Shown one piece after another: positions 30,095 to 40,627 of a DNA stretch of 64,000 nucleotides. Both the position numbers and the translations under genes were made by a program. This DNA comes from an uncultured delta proteobacterium (GTDB taxonomy: Bacteria > Desulfobacterota > RBG-13-43-22), in the NCBI GenBank assembly GCA_963843145.1, contig CAWJJC010000028.1, positions 288,001 through 352,000 on the forward strand, written 5' to 3'. Positions within the stretch are counted from its first letter, which is position 1; the number at the start of each line of letters is the position of its first letter. Under the pieces are notes generated by a model. It ran no database searches, was not told where the DNA came from, and was given only the letters and a program-made list of their open reading frames with translations.

Positions 30095-32770
30095 GTGGAT
30101 TTCATGGATAAATTTCAACTTCCTAAAGGATACGAGCCTCAAGCGGTGGAGGCGGAACTCTATGCCCAATGGGTCGAAAAGGGGCTATTTAAAGGGAAAG
30201 TGGACGACCCGGCCCCCTCCTTTACCATGGTCATTCCTCCGCCTAACGTGACGGGGACGCTGCATATGGGTCATGCCCTGAACACGACCCTGCAGGACAT
30301 CCTTTGGCGCTACTATAAGATGAAAGGTCGAAACGTCCTCTGGATTCCGGGAACGGACCATGCCGGCATCGCCACCCAAAACGTGGTGGAGCGCATGCTG
30401 GCCCAAGAGGGCCTCCGGCGTCAGGATCTGGGCCGGGAGAAGTTCGTGGAAAAGGTCTGGGAATGGCGGGCCAAATACGGGGGGCTGATCATCAACCAGC
30501 TCAAACGTCTGGGGGCTTCCTGCGACTGGAGCCGGGAGCGCTTTACTATGGACGAAGGCCTTTCCCGGGCGGTTCGAGAGGTCTTTGTTCGCCTGTACGG
30601 AGAGGGGCTCATTTACCGGGGGGATTACATCATCAACTGGTGTCCCCGTTGTCACACGGCCCTTTCCGACCTGGAAGTGGAACACGAGGGCCTGGAGGGC
30701 GGACTCTATTATATCCGTTACACCCTGGTGGAGGGCGAAGGGGGGGTCATCGTGGCCACCACCCGGCCGGAAACCATGCTGGGGGACACGGCGGTGGCCG
30801 TTCATCCCGAGGATCCCCGGTACCAGGGACTGGCCGGGAAAATGGTCCATCTGCCCCTGACCGGCCGGACGATTCCCATCATCGCCGATCCCTACGTGGA
30901 TCAAAATTTCGGCACCGGGGCCTTGAAAATCACCCCGGCCCACGACTTGAACGACTTTGAGATCGGCCGCCGTCACGACCTGCCCAGGATCAAAGTCATG
31001 GATGACGAGGGCCGCATGAATGAACAGGCCGGGGCCTACCGGGGGCTGGACCGTCTGGCCGCCCGACAGAAGGTCCTGGAGGATTTAAAGGGTTTGAACC
31101 TGTTGGAGAAGGTGGAGAAATACCAACACAACGTGGGCCATTGTTATCGTTGCAAGACCATGGTCGAACCCACCCTTTCCAAACAATGGTTTGTCCGGGT
31201 CGGGCCTTTGGCCCGCCGAGCCCTGGAGGCGGTACAAAAGGGCGAAACACAAATTTTTCCGGCGAATTGGGAAAAAACCTATTTTGAGTGGATGACCAAT
31301 ATCCGCGACTGGTGCATTTCCCGTCAGATCTGGTGGGGTCACCAGATTCCGGCCTGGTTCTGCCGGTCCTGCGGGGAGGTCACGGTGGCCCTGGAAGGGC
31401 CGGCGGCCTGCGCCTCCTGCGGATCGACCAACCTGGTTCAGGAAACGGATGTCCTGGACACCTGGTTCAGTTCGGCCCTCTGGCCTTTTTCCACTTTGGG
31501 CTGGCCGGAGCAAACCAGGGAGTTGGAGGTCTATTACCCCACCTCCGTCCTGGTGACCGGTTTCGATATCCTTTTTTTCTGGGTGGCCCGGATGATGATG
31601 ATGGGTCTGCACTTCATGGGGAAGGTCCCGTTCACCCACGTCTATATCCATGCCTTGGTCCGGGATGCCGAGGGCCAGAAGATGAGCAAGTCCAAGGGGA
31701 ACGTGATCGATCCCTTGACCGTTATGGATCAGTACGGGACCGATGCCTTTCGTTTTACCCTGGCCGCCCTGGCGGTTCAGGGCCGGGATATCAAGCTTTC
31801 CGAGGAGCGGATCGAGGGTTACCGCCATTTCGTCAATAAGATCTGGAACGCCGCCCGTTTTTGCGGCCCTCACCTGGAAGGGTTGGGGCCGGAAGACCTG
31901 CAATTCAGTGGGCCGCTGCCGACCGATGAAGTCAACCGCTGGATGATCAGTCGGGTGGGCCGAGTTATTCAGGCGCTGGAGGAGGGTATTGAAAAGTATC
32001 GTTTCAACGAAGCGGCTTATGAACTTTATCATTTTGTCTGGCATGAATTCTGCGATTGGTACCTGGAAATGATTAAACCGGTCCTCTACCAGGCCGAAGA
32101 CAGCCGGGATCGGCAGGCCACCCGTCTGACCCTGCTCCGGTGTTTCGCCGCCATCCTGCGGCTGGTGCATCCCTTTATGCCCTTTGTCAGCGAGAAGCTC
32201 TGGCAAACCCTGATGCGTACCTCGGATAGCATCCTGCAGGCGGGTTGGCCCGAGGCCGCAGATTTTCCGGAAGATTCGTCCGCTGAAGACCATATGGGCC
32301 TGGTCCAGGGGCTTATTTATGAGATCCGCAATATCCGGGGAGAGATGAATATCCCGCCTTCTAAAAATGTGGAGATCTGGCTGCGCTGCCCGGGACCGGT
32401 CCAGGAGGAACTCATTCAGGGATATCAGGAAAACGTATTGATACTCACCAAAGGGTCCAGCCTTACGTTTTTAGGAGCCCTGCAGGGCCCACCGGATACG
32501 GCTATTTCGGGGGTCTATCAGGGAATTGAAATTTTTATCCCCCTGAAAGATATTCTTCAGTTTGAGGAGGAATTGAAACGGCTGGAAAAGGAGATTCAAA
32601 AAACCAGGAAGGACTGGCAGCAAACGGAAAAGAAGTTGTCCAACGAGGATTTCCTCCAGAGGGCCCCGGCGGAGGTTATCCAGAAAGAAAAAGAAAAGGT
32701 TCAGGTCTCAGGAAAGAAAATGGAAAAGCTGGAAGGGCATGTGAAACGCCTGAAAGCGCTGATGGCCTAA
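30095..32770 (+). CDS. valS: Valine--tRNA ligase
   Basis: [23 protein letters not shown] and KMSKS motifs; C-terminal coiled coil. Confidence 0.98.
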   Translation: MDFMDKFQLPKGYEPQAVEAELYAQWVEKGLFKGKVDDPAPSFTMVIPPPNVTGTLHMGHALNTTLQDILWRYYKMKGRNVLWIPGTDHAGIATQNVVERMLAQEGLRRQDLGREKFVEKVWEWRAKYGGLIINQLKRLGASCDWSRERFTMDEGLSRAVREVFVRLYGEGLIYRGDYIINWCPRCHTALSDLEVEHEGLEGGLYYIRYTLVEGEGGVIVATTRPETMLGDTAVAVHPEDPRYQGLAGKMVHLPLTGRTIPIIADPYVDQNFGTGALKITPAHDLNDFEIGRRHDLPRIKVMDDEGRMNEQAGAYRGLDRLAARQKVLEDLKGLNLLEKVEKYQHNVGHCYRCKTMVEPTLSKQWFVRVGPLARRALEAVQKGETQIFPANWEKTYFEWMTNIRDWCISRQIWWGHQIPAWFCRSCGEVTVALEGPAACASCGSTNLVQETDVLDTWFSSALWPFSTLGWPEQTRELEVYYPTSVLVTGFDILFFWVARMMMMGLHFMGKVPFTHVYIHALVRDAEGQKMSKSKGNVIDPLTVMDQYGTDAFRFTLAALAVQGRDIKLSEERIEGYRHFVNKIWNAARFCGPHLEGLGPEDLQFSGPLPTDEVNRWMISRVGRVIQALEEGIEKYRFNEAAYELYHFVWHEFCDWYLEMIKPVLYQAEDSRDRQATRLTLLRCFAAILRLVHPFMPFVSEKLWQTLMRTSDSILQAGWPEAADFPEDSSAEDHMGLVQGLIYEIRNIRGEMNIPPSKNVEIWLRCPGPVQEELIQGYQENVLILTKGSSLTFLGALQGPPDTAISGVYQGIEIFIPLKDILQFEEELKRLEKEIQKTRKDWQQTEKKLSNEDFLQRAPAEVIQKEKEKVQVSGKKMEKLEGHVKRLKALMA

Positions 32771-32774
32771 TTCC

Positions 32775-33023
32775 AACCAAAAATAATTGAATTTTTGGTT
32801 GGAAACTCGAAATCCGAAACTCGAAACTCGAAACAAATTCGAATGACCGAAACTCGAAACGTTTTTGTTTGGGTCATTTGAATTTTGGACTTTCGTGTTT
32901 GTTTCGGCCTGCGACGAGACCTGTCGGCGAGCCCTTCGACAGACTCAGGGCCTTGAGCTTGCCGAAAAGGCTCAGGTCGAGCCGCTCAGCCGAGTCGATT
33001 TCGTGCTTCGAATTTCGGATTTA
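32775..33023. repeat. Heptamer-based hairpin repeat with nested ~90-bp insertion
   Basis: Same cap and arms as 27829-27993, with extra sequence at ~32908-32997. Confidence 0.85.
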
Positions 33024-33044
33024 GCTGAAGGCTGATCGCGTCTA

Positions 33045-33866
33045 TTAAGAAGATTGTTCCAGAAGTTCTCGGGATCTTCGGGTGGCCGCCTCGACGGCGT
33101 TCATCAGGATGCCCCGCAGCCCCGCTTTTTCCATTTCGTGCAGCCCGGCTATGGTCGTTCCCCCGGGGGAAGTGACCATATCTTTTAATTGTCCGAAGGT
33201 CAGGTTGGATTCCCGGGCCAGGGCGCTGGCCCCATACACCGTTTCCAGAGCCAGTTTCGAGGCTATGGGACGCGGCAGACCCATTTTGACCCCTGCGTCC
33301 GACAGGGCCTCCAGGATCACAAAGACATAGGCCGGGCCGCTGCCCGACAAGCCGGTAACGGCGTCGAACAGGGATTCATCCAGACGGACCGTTTCTCCCA
33401 CCGCCTTAAACAGGGATTCAGCCAGTTGGAAATCGTCCTCCCGAGCCGTTTCATTTCGGCACAAAGCGCTGATGCCGGCCTTGACCAGGGCCGGGGTATT
33501 GGGCATGACCCGGACGAGGCGGGGAGGGGAGGGAAAGGGCCGGGCCAGTTGGTCCAGGGTTATGCCGGCGGCTATGGAGACCAGCAGTTTCTCCGGAGAC
33601 CAGAGGGGGACGAGGGCCTTCAGCGCCTTGGGGATCTGCTGGGGTTTGACGGCCAAAATCACCACCCGGCTGGGTCCCACCACCGGACCGGCAGTCGAGG
33701 CGGTCTGGACACCATAGGTTTTCTTTAAATAGGCCAGTCGATCCTGCAGGACATCAACCACCCGGCATTGACCGGCTGACAGGGTCTTCCCTTGAAGGAG
33801 TCCCTTGAGCAGGGCCTCGGCCATATTTCCGCCGCCGATAAATCCAACCTGAACTTTTTTAGCCAT
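33045..33866 (-). CDS. proC: Pyrroline-5-carboxylate reductase
   Basis: GFIGGGNM, RVMPNTP, SGSGPAY and VTSPGGTT motifs. Confidence 0.97.
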   Translation of the reverse strand: MAKKVQVGFIGGGNMAEALLKGLLQGKTLSAGQCRVVDVLQDRLAYLKKTYGVQTASTAGPVVGPSRVVILAVKPQQIPKALKALVPLWSPEKLLVSIAAGITLDQLARPFPSPPRLVRVMPNTPALVKAGISALCRNETAREDDFQLAESLFKAVGETVRLDESLFDAVTGLSGSGPAYVFVILEALSDAGVKMGLPRPIASKLALETVYGASALARESNLTFGQLKDMVTSPGGTTIAGLHEMEKAGLRGILMNAVEAATRRSRELLEQSS

Positions 33867-33992
33867 CGGTTCCCCCTATCCTTCTTCGATTATCGTCGTT
33901 TCCGTTTATCTCGTTTGTTTGGTTTTCAAAACGAAACAACCAGAAAAACAAAACAAACCAAACAACCGTTGGGCGCTTTGCGCCCCGCGCCT

Positions 33993-35075
33993 TTAAACGG
34001 CCGATTTTTCCGTCAAATAATCCTGCTTGTAGATTTCAAAAAGGGTCATCAGAAAAGACAGGACCACCGGCCCTAAGATAAAACCAAGAAATCCGAAATA
34101 CATGATTCCGCCCAGGACGCTCAAAAAGGTCAGCAGAGGATGGAGATTGGCATCCCCTTTCAGCAGAGCCGGCCGGAGGATGTTGTCGGCCCCGGAGATG
34201 ATCAGGGTCCCCCAGAGGGCCAGGCCGATGGCCATCCAGACGGAGGAGGCCAAAGCCAGATAGATGGCGGCCGGGACCCAGATGATGCCGGTTCCCACCA
34301 GGGGGACGACCGAACTGAAGACCATGCAGACTCCCCAAAAGGCGGCCGAGGGGATACCGAAGATCCAAAAGCCGATGCCCCCCAGCAGCCCTTGAACAAA
34401 GGCCACAATGATGGACCCTTTCAGTGTGGCCTTGATGGTCCGCTCCAACTGCTCCAGGATGCGGTCACCGTGGGCCTCTTCCAGAGGATTAAGTGCTTTG
34501 ATTTCCTTTAAAAATTTGTCGCCATCGATAATCAGGAAGAAACTGATGAAGAGCGTAATGATGATGTTTAACAGGAAACCGATGAAACCTTTGGCAAAGC
34601 CGGTCATTTGGGTATAAACGAAGTCAGACAGGGATTTTAATAGGTTGCCCACATGGCTCCAAATCTCGACGGAATAGCCATAATAACTTAAAGGCTCCAA
34701 GAGTCGGTCCAAGGCGTCAACCTGGGATTCCAGGGCTTTCTCCAAGGTGCCTTTTTGCAGGCCCTGGGTAATGGATTGATAGAGATCGAAGGATTGTTGG
34801 GTGATGACCCCGGAAAGAAGGACCACCGGTATCAGGAAAACCAGCATGACCAGCAGAATGGTTACCAGGCCGGCGGGAATCCGGCGTCCTCGAAAAACCC
34901 TCAATAACTTCTTGAAGACCGGATAAAAAACCAGCGAAATTAGGATAGAAATGAATATGTCGTTTAAAAAAGGTCTGATGATTAAAAAGAAGAGATAAAG
35001 TACTCCGAGGAGAAAAATGATCAATATAAATTTGGGGACGGTATTTTCGTTTTGAGGGAATCGCGGCCAGGGCAT
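33993..35075 (-). CDS. AI-2E family transporter
   Basis: VPLVGTGIIWVP, DNILRP and GFILGPV motifs. Confidence 0.9.
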   Translation of the reverse strand: MPWPRFPQNENTVPKFILIIFLLGVLYLFFLIIRPFLNDIFISILISLVFYPVFKKLLRVFRGRRIPAGLVTILLVMLVFLIPVVLLSGVITQQSFDLYQSITQGLQKGTLEKALESQVDALDRLLEPLSYYGYSVEIWSHVGNLLKSLSDFVYTQMTGFAKGFIGFLLNIIITLFISFFLIIDGDKFLKEIKALNPLEEAHGDRILEQLERTIKATLKGSIIVAFVQGLLGGIGFWIFGIPSAAFWGVCMVFSSVVPLVGTGIIWVPAAIYLALASSVWMAIGLALWGTLIISGADNILRPALLKGDANLHPLLTFLSVLGGIMYFGFLGFILGPVVLSFLMTLFEIYKQDYLTEKSAV

Positions 35076-35099
35076 AAGCTTAAGTCTCTAGCGGTTCGA

Positions 35100-35405
35100 C
35101 TATTCGCCGCCGCCGGTCCAGGCCTTCTTGAGACCCTTCCCCATGTTCTTGAATCCCTTGCCGATTCCCTGACCCAAGTCCTTGAATCCTTCCCCGATTT
35201 CTTTCCCGCCTTCCTTAATCTTGGCCTTGGGGGAAGAACCGGATTTGGATTTCTTTTTGGCTTTCGGACCGGGAGATTTGGTGGTCTCCGCTTGAACGGT
35301 TTCTTTCCCGGAAGCCGGATCTAGGGGTTGGCTCTGAGCCCAGGAAAGGGTTGCCCCTAATAAACAAAGGGCGGAAATCAAAAGCAGGAATAACAGCCGT
35401 TTCAT
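35100..35405 (-). CDS. Small secreted Lys/Gly-rich hypothetical protein
   Basis: MKRLLFLLLISALCLLG signal peptide; amphipathic IGEGFKDLGQGIGKGFKNMGKG repeat. Confidence 0.75.
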   Translation of the reverse strand: MKRLLFLLLISALCLLGATLSWAQSQPLDPASGKETVQAETTKSPGPKAKKKSKSGSSPKAKIKEGGKEIGEGFKDLGQGIGKGFKNMGKGLKKAWTGGGE

Positions 35406-35528
35406 GTCTTTCTCCCTGTTTGGCAATGACAAGTCGAGGTAATTTTTTCGAAACCTTCAGGTTATTAAAATTACTATTATACTCGGGTTATTTTCCCTTA
35501 GCAACCGGTTTTGAATTATAATAATCCC

Positions 35529-36542
35529 ATGAATCCCCTTTTTCATCCCCAACTGGTAAACGGCCCTTGGGGAGACCCGGTCTTGTATATCGAACTTAAA
35601 TTTGACCGAAGGGCCATCCTTTTCGATTTGGGGGAGGTGCGGCTTCTCCCTACCCGGAAACTGCTAAAAGTGACCCATGTTTTTATTTCGCACACCCATT
35701 TGGACCATTTCATTGGGTTTGATCATCTCTTGCGGATTTTTCTGGGCAGGGAAAAGACGGTCTTTTTTTACGGGCCTCCGCAGTTTATCGATCAATTGGA
35801 ATCCAAGCTTCGGGCCTATACCTGGAACCTGGTGGAAAATTACGCTAATAATCTGCTCCTGATCGCCTATGAAATACATCCGGATCGGGTGCTGGAGGCC
35901 CATTTCCCGATTGGAAAAGCTTTTCGAAAATCCGTCCTTAGAGAAACGATCAAGCCCTTTGATGGCCGGCTTCACGAAGAGGAGGCCTTCCTAATCCAGT
36001 CCGTATTTCTGGATCACAAAATTCCCAGCCTGGCCTTCTCCCTGGAGGAACGCTGTCATCTGAACATCCTGAAAACCGGTCTGGCGGAAATGAACCTACC
36101 CCGGGGGTTATGGCTGAAAGGACTTAAGGAGGCCATTTGGCGCGGGGAAAAGGCTGATTTTCCGGTGCGGGTCTGGGGCCAGGACCGGGAAGGCTTCCCG
36201 GAATGCACTTTCCCCTTAGGGCGCCTGAAAAAAAAGGTGATTAAAATCACGGCCGGTCAGAAGATCGGGTATCTGGTGGATACGGTCCTCAATGAGAAAA
36301 CCGAAAAGGACATGGTGAACCTGGCCCGGGGATCGGATCTCCTGTTTATTGAGGCGGCTTTTCTTGATCGAGACCGGGAAAGGGCCCGGGATAAATGCCA
36401 CTTGACCGCGGCCCAGGCCGGGAGGGTGGCCCGGCAGGCCGGGGTAAAACGGATGATTCCCATCCATTTTTCTCCGAAATATTCCCGGAATCCGGAAATC
36501 CTCGAAAAAGAGGCCCTGAACGCCTTTCAGGGACGTTTTTAA
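35529..36542 (+). CDS. Ribonuclease Z-like metallo-beta-lactamase fold hydrolase
   Basis: NGPWGDP, SHTHLDH, HLTA.QAG and HFSPKY motifs. Confidence 0.85.
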   Translation: MNPLFHPQLVNGPWGDPVLYIELKFDRRAILFDLGEVRLLPTRKLLKVTHVFISHTHLDHFIGFDHLLRIFLGREKTVFFYGPPQFIDQLESKLRAYTWNLVENYANNLLLIAYEIHPDRVLEAHFPIGKAFRKSVLRETIKPFDGRLHEEEAFLIQSVFLDHKIPSLAFSLEERCHLNILKTGLAEMNLPRGLWLKGLKEAIWRGEKADFPVRVWGQDREGFPECTFPLGRLKKKVIKITAGQKIGYLVDTVLNEKTEKDMVNLARGSDLLFIEAAFLDRDRERARDKCHLTAAQAGRVARQAGVKRMIPIHFSPKYSRNPEILEKEALNAFQGRF

Positions 36543-36812
36543 AGAGACGACCTATCGCCTTGTCGGGCGGGTACCCTTTGCCAGGTTAGGGCGCCAAGAC
36601 TTGACGGTTGAAGAGCCCGTTCTGCTACTGAATGACATTAATAATTAATAATCAATTGTTAATTATTAACTATTGATGAATGCCCGAGTGGCCGCCGGGT
36701 TCTTTTTTCGTATTAACCCCCCCTTCTCGGCCACCCACCCAGAAGGACGAACAACCAAAAAGGCTTTAACCCCGAGTCGGATTCTGTTATAAGGGGAAGA
36801 GGAGGGTGGCCC

Positions 36813-37154
36813 ATGGAGTTCGATCAACGCCCCTGGGGTAATTATCAGGTATTGGCTGATGAACCGGACCATAAGGTCAAAAGGATCGTGGTCTATTCGG
36901 GGAAGCGATTGAGCCTGCAACGGCACCAACAGCGGGCCGAGCACTGGTATTTGATTGCCGGGCAGGCCTGGGTGACCTTGGACCAGGAAAAGATTTTTTT
37001 AGGAGCAGGGCAGGCGGTGGATATCCCCCGGGGGGCCAGACATCGGATAGAGAACCCGGGTCCGCGGGAGGTGGTTTTTATTGAAGTTCAAACCGGCGAC
37101 TATTTCGGAGAAGACGATATTGAACGCTTCGAGGACGATTACGGACGCATTTGA
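36813..37154 (+). CDS. Cupin, mannose-6-phosphate isomerase type II C-terminal domain
   Basis: RPWG, RLSLQRHQQRAEHW and EVQTGDYFGEDDIERFEDDYGR motifs. Confidence 0.9.
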   Translation: MEFDQRPWGNYQVLADEPDHKVKRIVVYSGKRLSLQRHQQRAEHWYLIAGQAWVTLDQEKIFLGAGQAVDIPRGARHRIENPGPREVVFIEVQTGDYFGEDDIERFEDDYGRI

Positions 37155-37833
37155 AGATCCTATTTATCTGAAACCCACGGCCATCCTGGACAGCGATCAT
37201 CCCCGGATAGCGGCCTTTGCCCGCCAGTCGGCCGGCCAGTCCATCGACCCGGTGGAACAGGCGATGCGGATTTATTACGCCGTCCGGGATGGGATCCGTT
37301 ACGATCCCTATTATCCCTTTTATCTCCCCGAACACTATCGGGCGAGCAATGTCCTGGCCAGCGGTCGGGGCTATTGCGTTAGCAAGGCTTCCCTCTTGTG
37401 CGCCTTAGGGCGGGCCCTGGGCATTCCCTCCCGAGTGGGGTTTGCCACGGTTCGCAATCACCTGGCCACAAAGCAATTGATCGAATTTCTCGGCTCGGAT
37501 CTGTTTGTTTATCACGGCTATACCGATTTCTTTCTGGAGGGGAAGTGGGTTAAGGCGACGCCGGCCTTCAATAGAGAGTTGTGCCTTCGGCATCGGGTTG
37601 CTCCGCTGGAATTCAACGGGCGGGAGGATTCGATTTTCCAACCCTTTAATCACGAAAACAACCGCTTTATGGAATACCTGGACTTCCTCGGCACCTATGA
37701 CGATATCCCGGTGGAAGTAATTGTTCAGGCTTGGGAAGAGGCCTATGGGCTTGATCGGGTCCAAGGCTGGATCGCCGGTTTCGAGTCCCGGAAACGGAAA
37801 CGGGATTTCTATCAAGAAGAGGTAATTCAATAA
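37081..37833 (+). CDS. Transglutaminase-like protein (true start uncertain, probably ~37150)
   Basis: YYAVRDGIRYDPY, GYCVSKA, HGY and WVKATPAF motifs. Confidence 0.85.
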   Translation: MKFKPATISEKTILNASRTITDAFEDPIYLKPTAILDSDHPRIAAFARQSAGQSIDPVEQAMRIYYAVRDGIRYDPYYPFYLPEHYRASNVLASGRGYCVSKASLLCALGRALGIPSRVGFATVRNHLATKQLIEFLGSDLFVYHGYTDFFLEGKWVKATPAFNRELCLRHRVAPLEFNGREDSIFQPFNHENNRFMEYLDFLGTYDDIPVEVIVQAWEEAYGLDRVQGWIAGFESRKRKRDFYQEEVIQ

Positions 37834-38265
37834 GATGAGCAGAGTGCCCAGCGCTGAGCGACCTACAAGGATGCTGGCTTAGGCTGAAATCGGGCCTCCG
37901 AGGCCGCTGGGTCTCGAAGGCCCCATCGATTGGGGGGTACTCTCCCCATATCAGTTATGGCCGTGAGGGCTCGGCGAAAGGGTTTTCCAAAGGTACTCCG
38001 GACTTCGAATCCGGGCCTCAGTTACTAATTTTATTTAAAGCAGGCCCATACTCAGCGTATTTTGACGTCTCTTAGGCTGGCCCTACCTCTTGGAAAATTT
38101 GAAAATAAGAGGGCCGGGTTAGAACCTAAAAAGCAATATGGAAAACCCTTTCGCCGAGCCCCCACGGCCACGGAGGCCCGATTTCAGGTTAATTGCCATA
38201 AACTGTGGCCACTCAGCCCAAAGGGCGCACAACCAAACAAATTGGATAGTGGAGGTAGTTGAACC

Positions 38266-39156
38266 ATGGAAACAGCGGCACTGATGGAAACCAATTTCCC
38301 AAACCTGAACCTGATTAACCGGGGAAAGGTCCGGGATATTTATGATTTGGGAGAACAGCTTTTGATCGTGGCCACGGACCGGATTTCAGCCTTTGACGTG
38401 GTCATGCCCAACCCCATCCCGGGCAAGGGTCGAATATTGACCCAGTTATCCAAGTTCTGGTTTTCTCACATGGCGTCCCTGGTGCCCAATCACCTGATCA
38501 CCACGGAGGTAAAGGATTTTCCAGCCTCCTGTCAACCCTATGAGGATGACCTGACGGGCCGAAGTATGCTGGTTAAAAAGGCCGCCCCGCTCCCGGTGGA
38601 ATGTATCGTCCGCGGTTATCTTTCCGGTTCGGGCTGGAAGGATTACCAGCAGACGGGCCAAGTCTGCGGGATCGCTTTGCCGAAGGGTTTGAAGGAATCC
38701 GACCGGCTGGACCAGCCTATTTTTACCCCTTCCACCAAAGCGGAGTCCGGGACCCACGATGAAAATATCCCGGTTGACGAGGTGGTCCGGAAACTGGGAC
38801 CAACCGTGGCGGACCGCCTGGCCACGGTCAGCCTGGCGGTTTATGAAAAAGCCCGGCGTCTCGGGGAAGAAAAAGGGATCATCATCGCCGACACCAAATT
38901 TGAATTCGGTTTTCAGAACGACACGCTGCTTTTAATCGACGAGGTCCTGACGCCGGATTCCTCCCGTTTCTGGCCCCGGGACCAATACCGCCCCGGAGGA
39001 CCGCAGGTCAGTTTCGATAAACAGTTTCTACGGGATTATCTGGAATCGCTTCACTGGGACAAGAAACCACCGGCCCCGCCGCTCCCGGCGGATATCATCG
39101 AGAAGACCCGCGCCAAATACGAAGAGGCCCTGCGGATATTTACCGGTTCTGCTTAA
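38266..39156 (+). CDS. purC: SAICAR synthase
   Basis: [24 protein letters not shown] and [12 protein letters not shown] motifs. Confidence 0.97.
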   Translation: METAALMETNFPNLNLINRGKVRDIYDLGEQLLIVATDRISAFDVVMPNPIPGKGRILTQLSKFWFSHMASLVPNHLITTEVKDFPASCQPYEDDLTGRSMLVKKAAPLPVECIVRGYLSGSGWKDYQQTGQVCGIALPKGLKESDRLDQPIFTPSTKAESGTHDENIPVDEVVRKLGPTVADRLATVSLAVYEKARRLGEEKGIIIADTKFEFGFQNDTLLLIDEVLTPDSSRFWPRDQYRPGGPQVSFDKQFLRDYLESLHWDKKPPAPPLPADIIEKTRAKYEEALRIFTGSA

Positions 39157-39355
39157 AGCGTCGAATGGAGCGGTCATAGGTTTTCTCCACCTCCGGGGTG
39201 AAATAACAGGCCGGCAGCTCCCCATTGCGGCGATGGTAATGGAGACACTGGCAGCAGAGTCCGTGCTTTTCGCAGCCGGAATAGGTGCAATTGCAGTGTG
39301 TTGAGTTTTCCTTGACGTTCGGGCATTGTTCCCGCATCTGGGCGTAGTTCGGCAT
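39140..39355 (-). CDS. Small Cys-rich protein (DUF6485-like)
   Basis: CNCTY..C.KHG.CC.C..YH....ELPACYF...E.TYDRS. Confidence 0.75.
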   Translation of the reverse strand: MPNYAQMREQCPNVKENSTHCNCTYSGCEKHGLCCQCLHYHRRNGELPACYFTPEVEKTYDRSIRRFKQNR

Positions 39356-39498
39356 GTGCAGATCCTCCAGGGAAGTTTTTTGTCTGGGAATATATCATCC
39401 CCTCCTCCTAAATTTCAACCGGGAATACCCGGGAGGAGTGAACCTCCATGACCCGGGCTGGGCGCAACCGCGAAGCATGCAAATAAAAGGGTATACCG

Positions 39499-39596
39499 GT
39501 CATTGCGAGGAGCGAAGTGACGAAGCAATTCCCCCATTGAGCTTGGGGAGCGTTGCAGGCCAACTGGGGGATTGCTTCGCCTCGCTCGCCATGACA
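39499..39596. repeat. GTCATTGCGA-type REP doublet
   Basis: gtcattgcgaggagcgaagtgacgaagcaat...gattgcttcgcctcgctcgccatgac. Confidence 0.8.
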
Positions 39597-39652
39597 GGCG
39601 GGTGCAGTGGCATTTTCGTATTAAGCGGTCACCCTGAAAGGAAAAGCGTCCT

Positions 39653-40621
39653 TTGAACACAGTCCAATTTCCGTTCAAAGAAACAACCATTGACTTGAAG
39701 GACATTGACTGGCGGGATACCACCTTTCAAATCACCTACGGCCGTTCCCTGCAATCCCTCAAGGCCTCTATCCAGGCCATCGGACTTCAGCCGCCTCCCG
39801 TCCTGCAGGAGGGGGGGGGTGAAGGGTTGCGCATTGTTTCCGGGCGCCGAAGGCTTCTGGTCTGGAAACAGCTCCATCGATCGGCCTGCCCGGTCCGGTT
39901 GGTTTCCGCCGATCAGCCGGAAAAGGAACTTTTTCTCTTTTGTTTCTATGAAGCGATCGGCCGGGGCGCGCTCAATATCATTGAACAGGCGGTCGTCCTG
40001 GAGAAACTGTTAAGGTATTTTCCGGAAGACCGGGTCCTCTCCGACTATCTGCCTTTACTGGGCCTGGCCTCCAAAAAGGAAATCCTGAATCGCTACTTGC
40101 GGATAGCCGCCGCCGGTCCCTGGTTTTGGCCGGCGGTCGTCGAGGGGAAACTATTCCCGGAAACCCTGGAAGGGATCGACCAGGATTTTCCCGCTCTCCG
40201 CGAATTGCTCGCCTCTGTGCTGATCCATTTACGGTGGGGCTTCCAAAAGCAAAGGGAATTCCTGGCCGGCCTGAAGGAATTGGCCCTGAGGCAGGGGGTC
40301 AAGCCCGAAAAAATACTCATCGCTCCGCCCCTAACAGAATGGCTGAAAGGCGGGGATTTAAGTCCCCAGCAGCAAGGGGAGGCCATTCGAAAGTTCCTTC
40401 ACCAAGCGCTTTTTCCGGTTTCCACGGAAACGGAAAAAGAATTTAACGAAAAACGGGCCCGGATGAAACTGGATCCCCGGACCCAATTGACGCCGCCGCC
40501 CTTTTTTGAAGGTGGGACCTATCGGTTGGAAGTGCGGTTTTCAGAAGAGAAAGAATTGAAAGAGTCCCTGGATCGGATCCAACGGGCACTCGAATCCGGC
40601 TGTTTCGAAGACCTGCCATGA
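39653..40621 (+). CDS. ParB/Srx N-terminal domain protein
   Basis: LKASIQAIGLQPPP...IVSGRRR box and LNIIEQA motif. Confidence 0.75.
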   Translation: MNTVQFPFKETTIDLKDIDWRDTTFQITYGRSLQSLKASIQAIGLQPPPVLQEGGGEGLRIVSGRRRLLVWKQLHRSACPVRLVSADQPEKELFLFCFYEAIGRGALNIIEQAVVLEKLLRYFPEDRVLSDYLPLLGLASKKEILNRYLRIAAAGPWFWPAVVEGKLFPETLEGIDQDFPALRELLASVLIHLRWGFQKQREFLAGLKELALRQGVKPEKILIAPPLTEWLKGGDLSPQQQGEAIRKFLHQALFPVSTETEKEFNEKRARMKLDPRTQLTPPPFFEGGTYRLEVRFSEEKELKESLDRIQRALESGCFEDLP

Positions 40622-40627
40622 AGATTT

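Noticed and set aside
30185-32293. Long antisense ORFs (263 and 402 aa) over valS, and similar ones over liv, ior and helicase genes
   Set aside because: Shadow ORFs expected from GC-rich codon bias; no recognisable motifs
33885-33968. TTTG/CAAA low-complexity hairpin upstream of proC; AT-rich heptamer tracts at 36638-36678 and 41801-41848
   Set aside because: Real but simple-sequence hairpins; not enough information to assign a separate function
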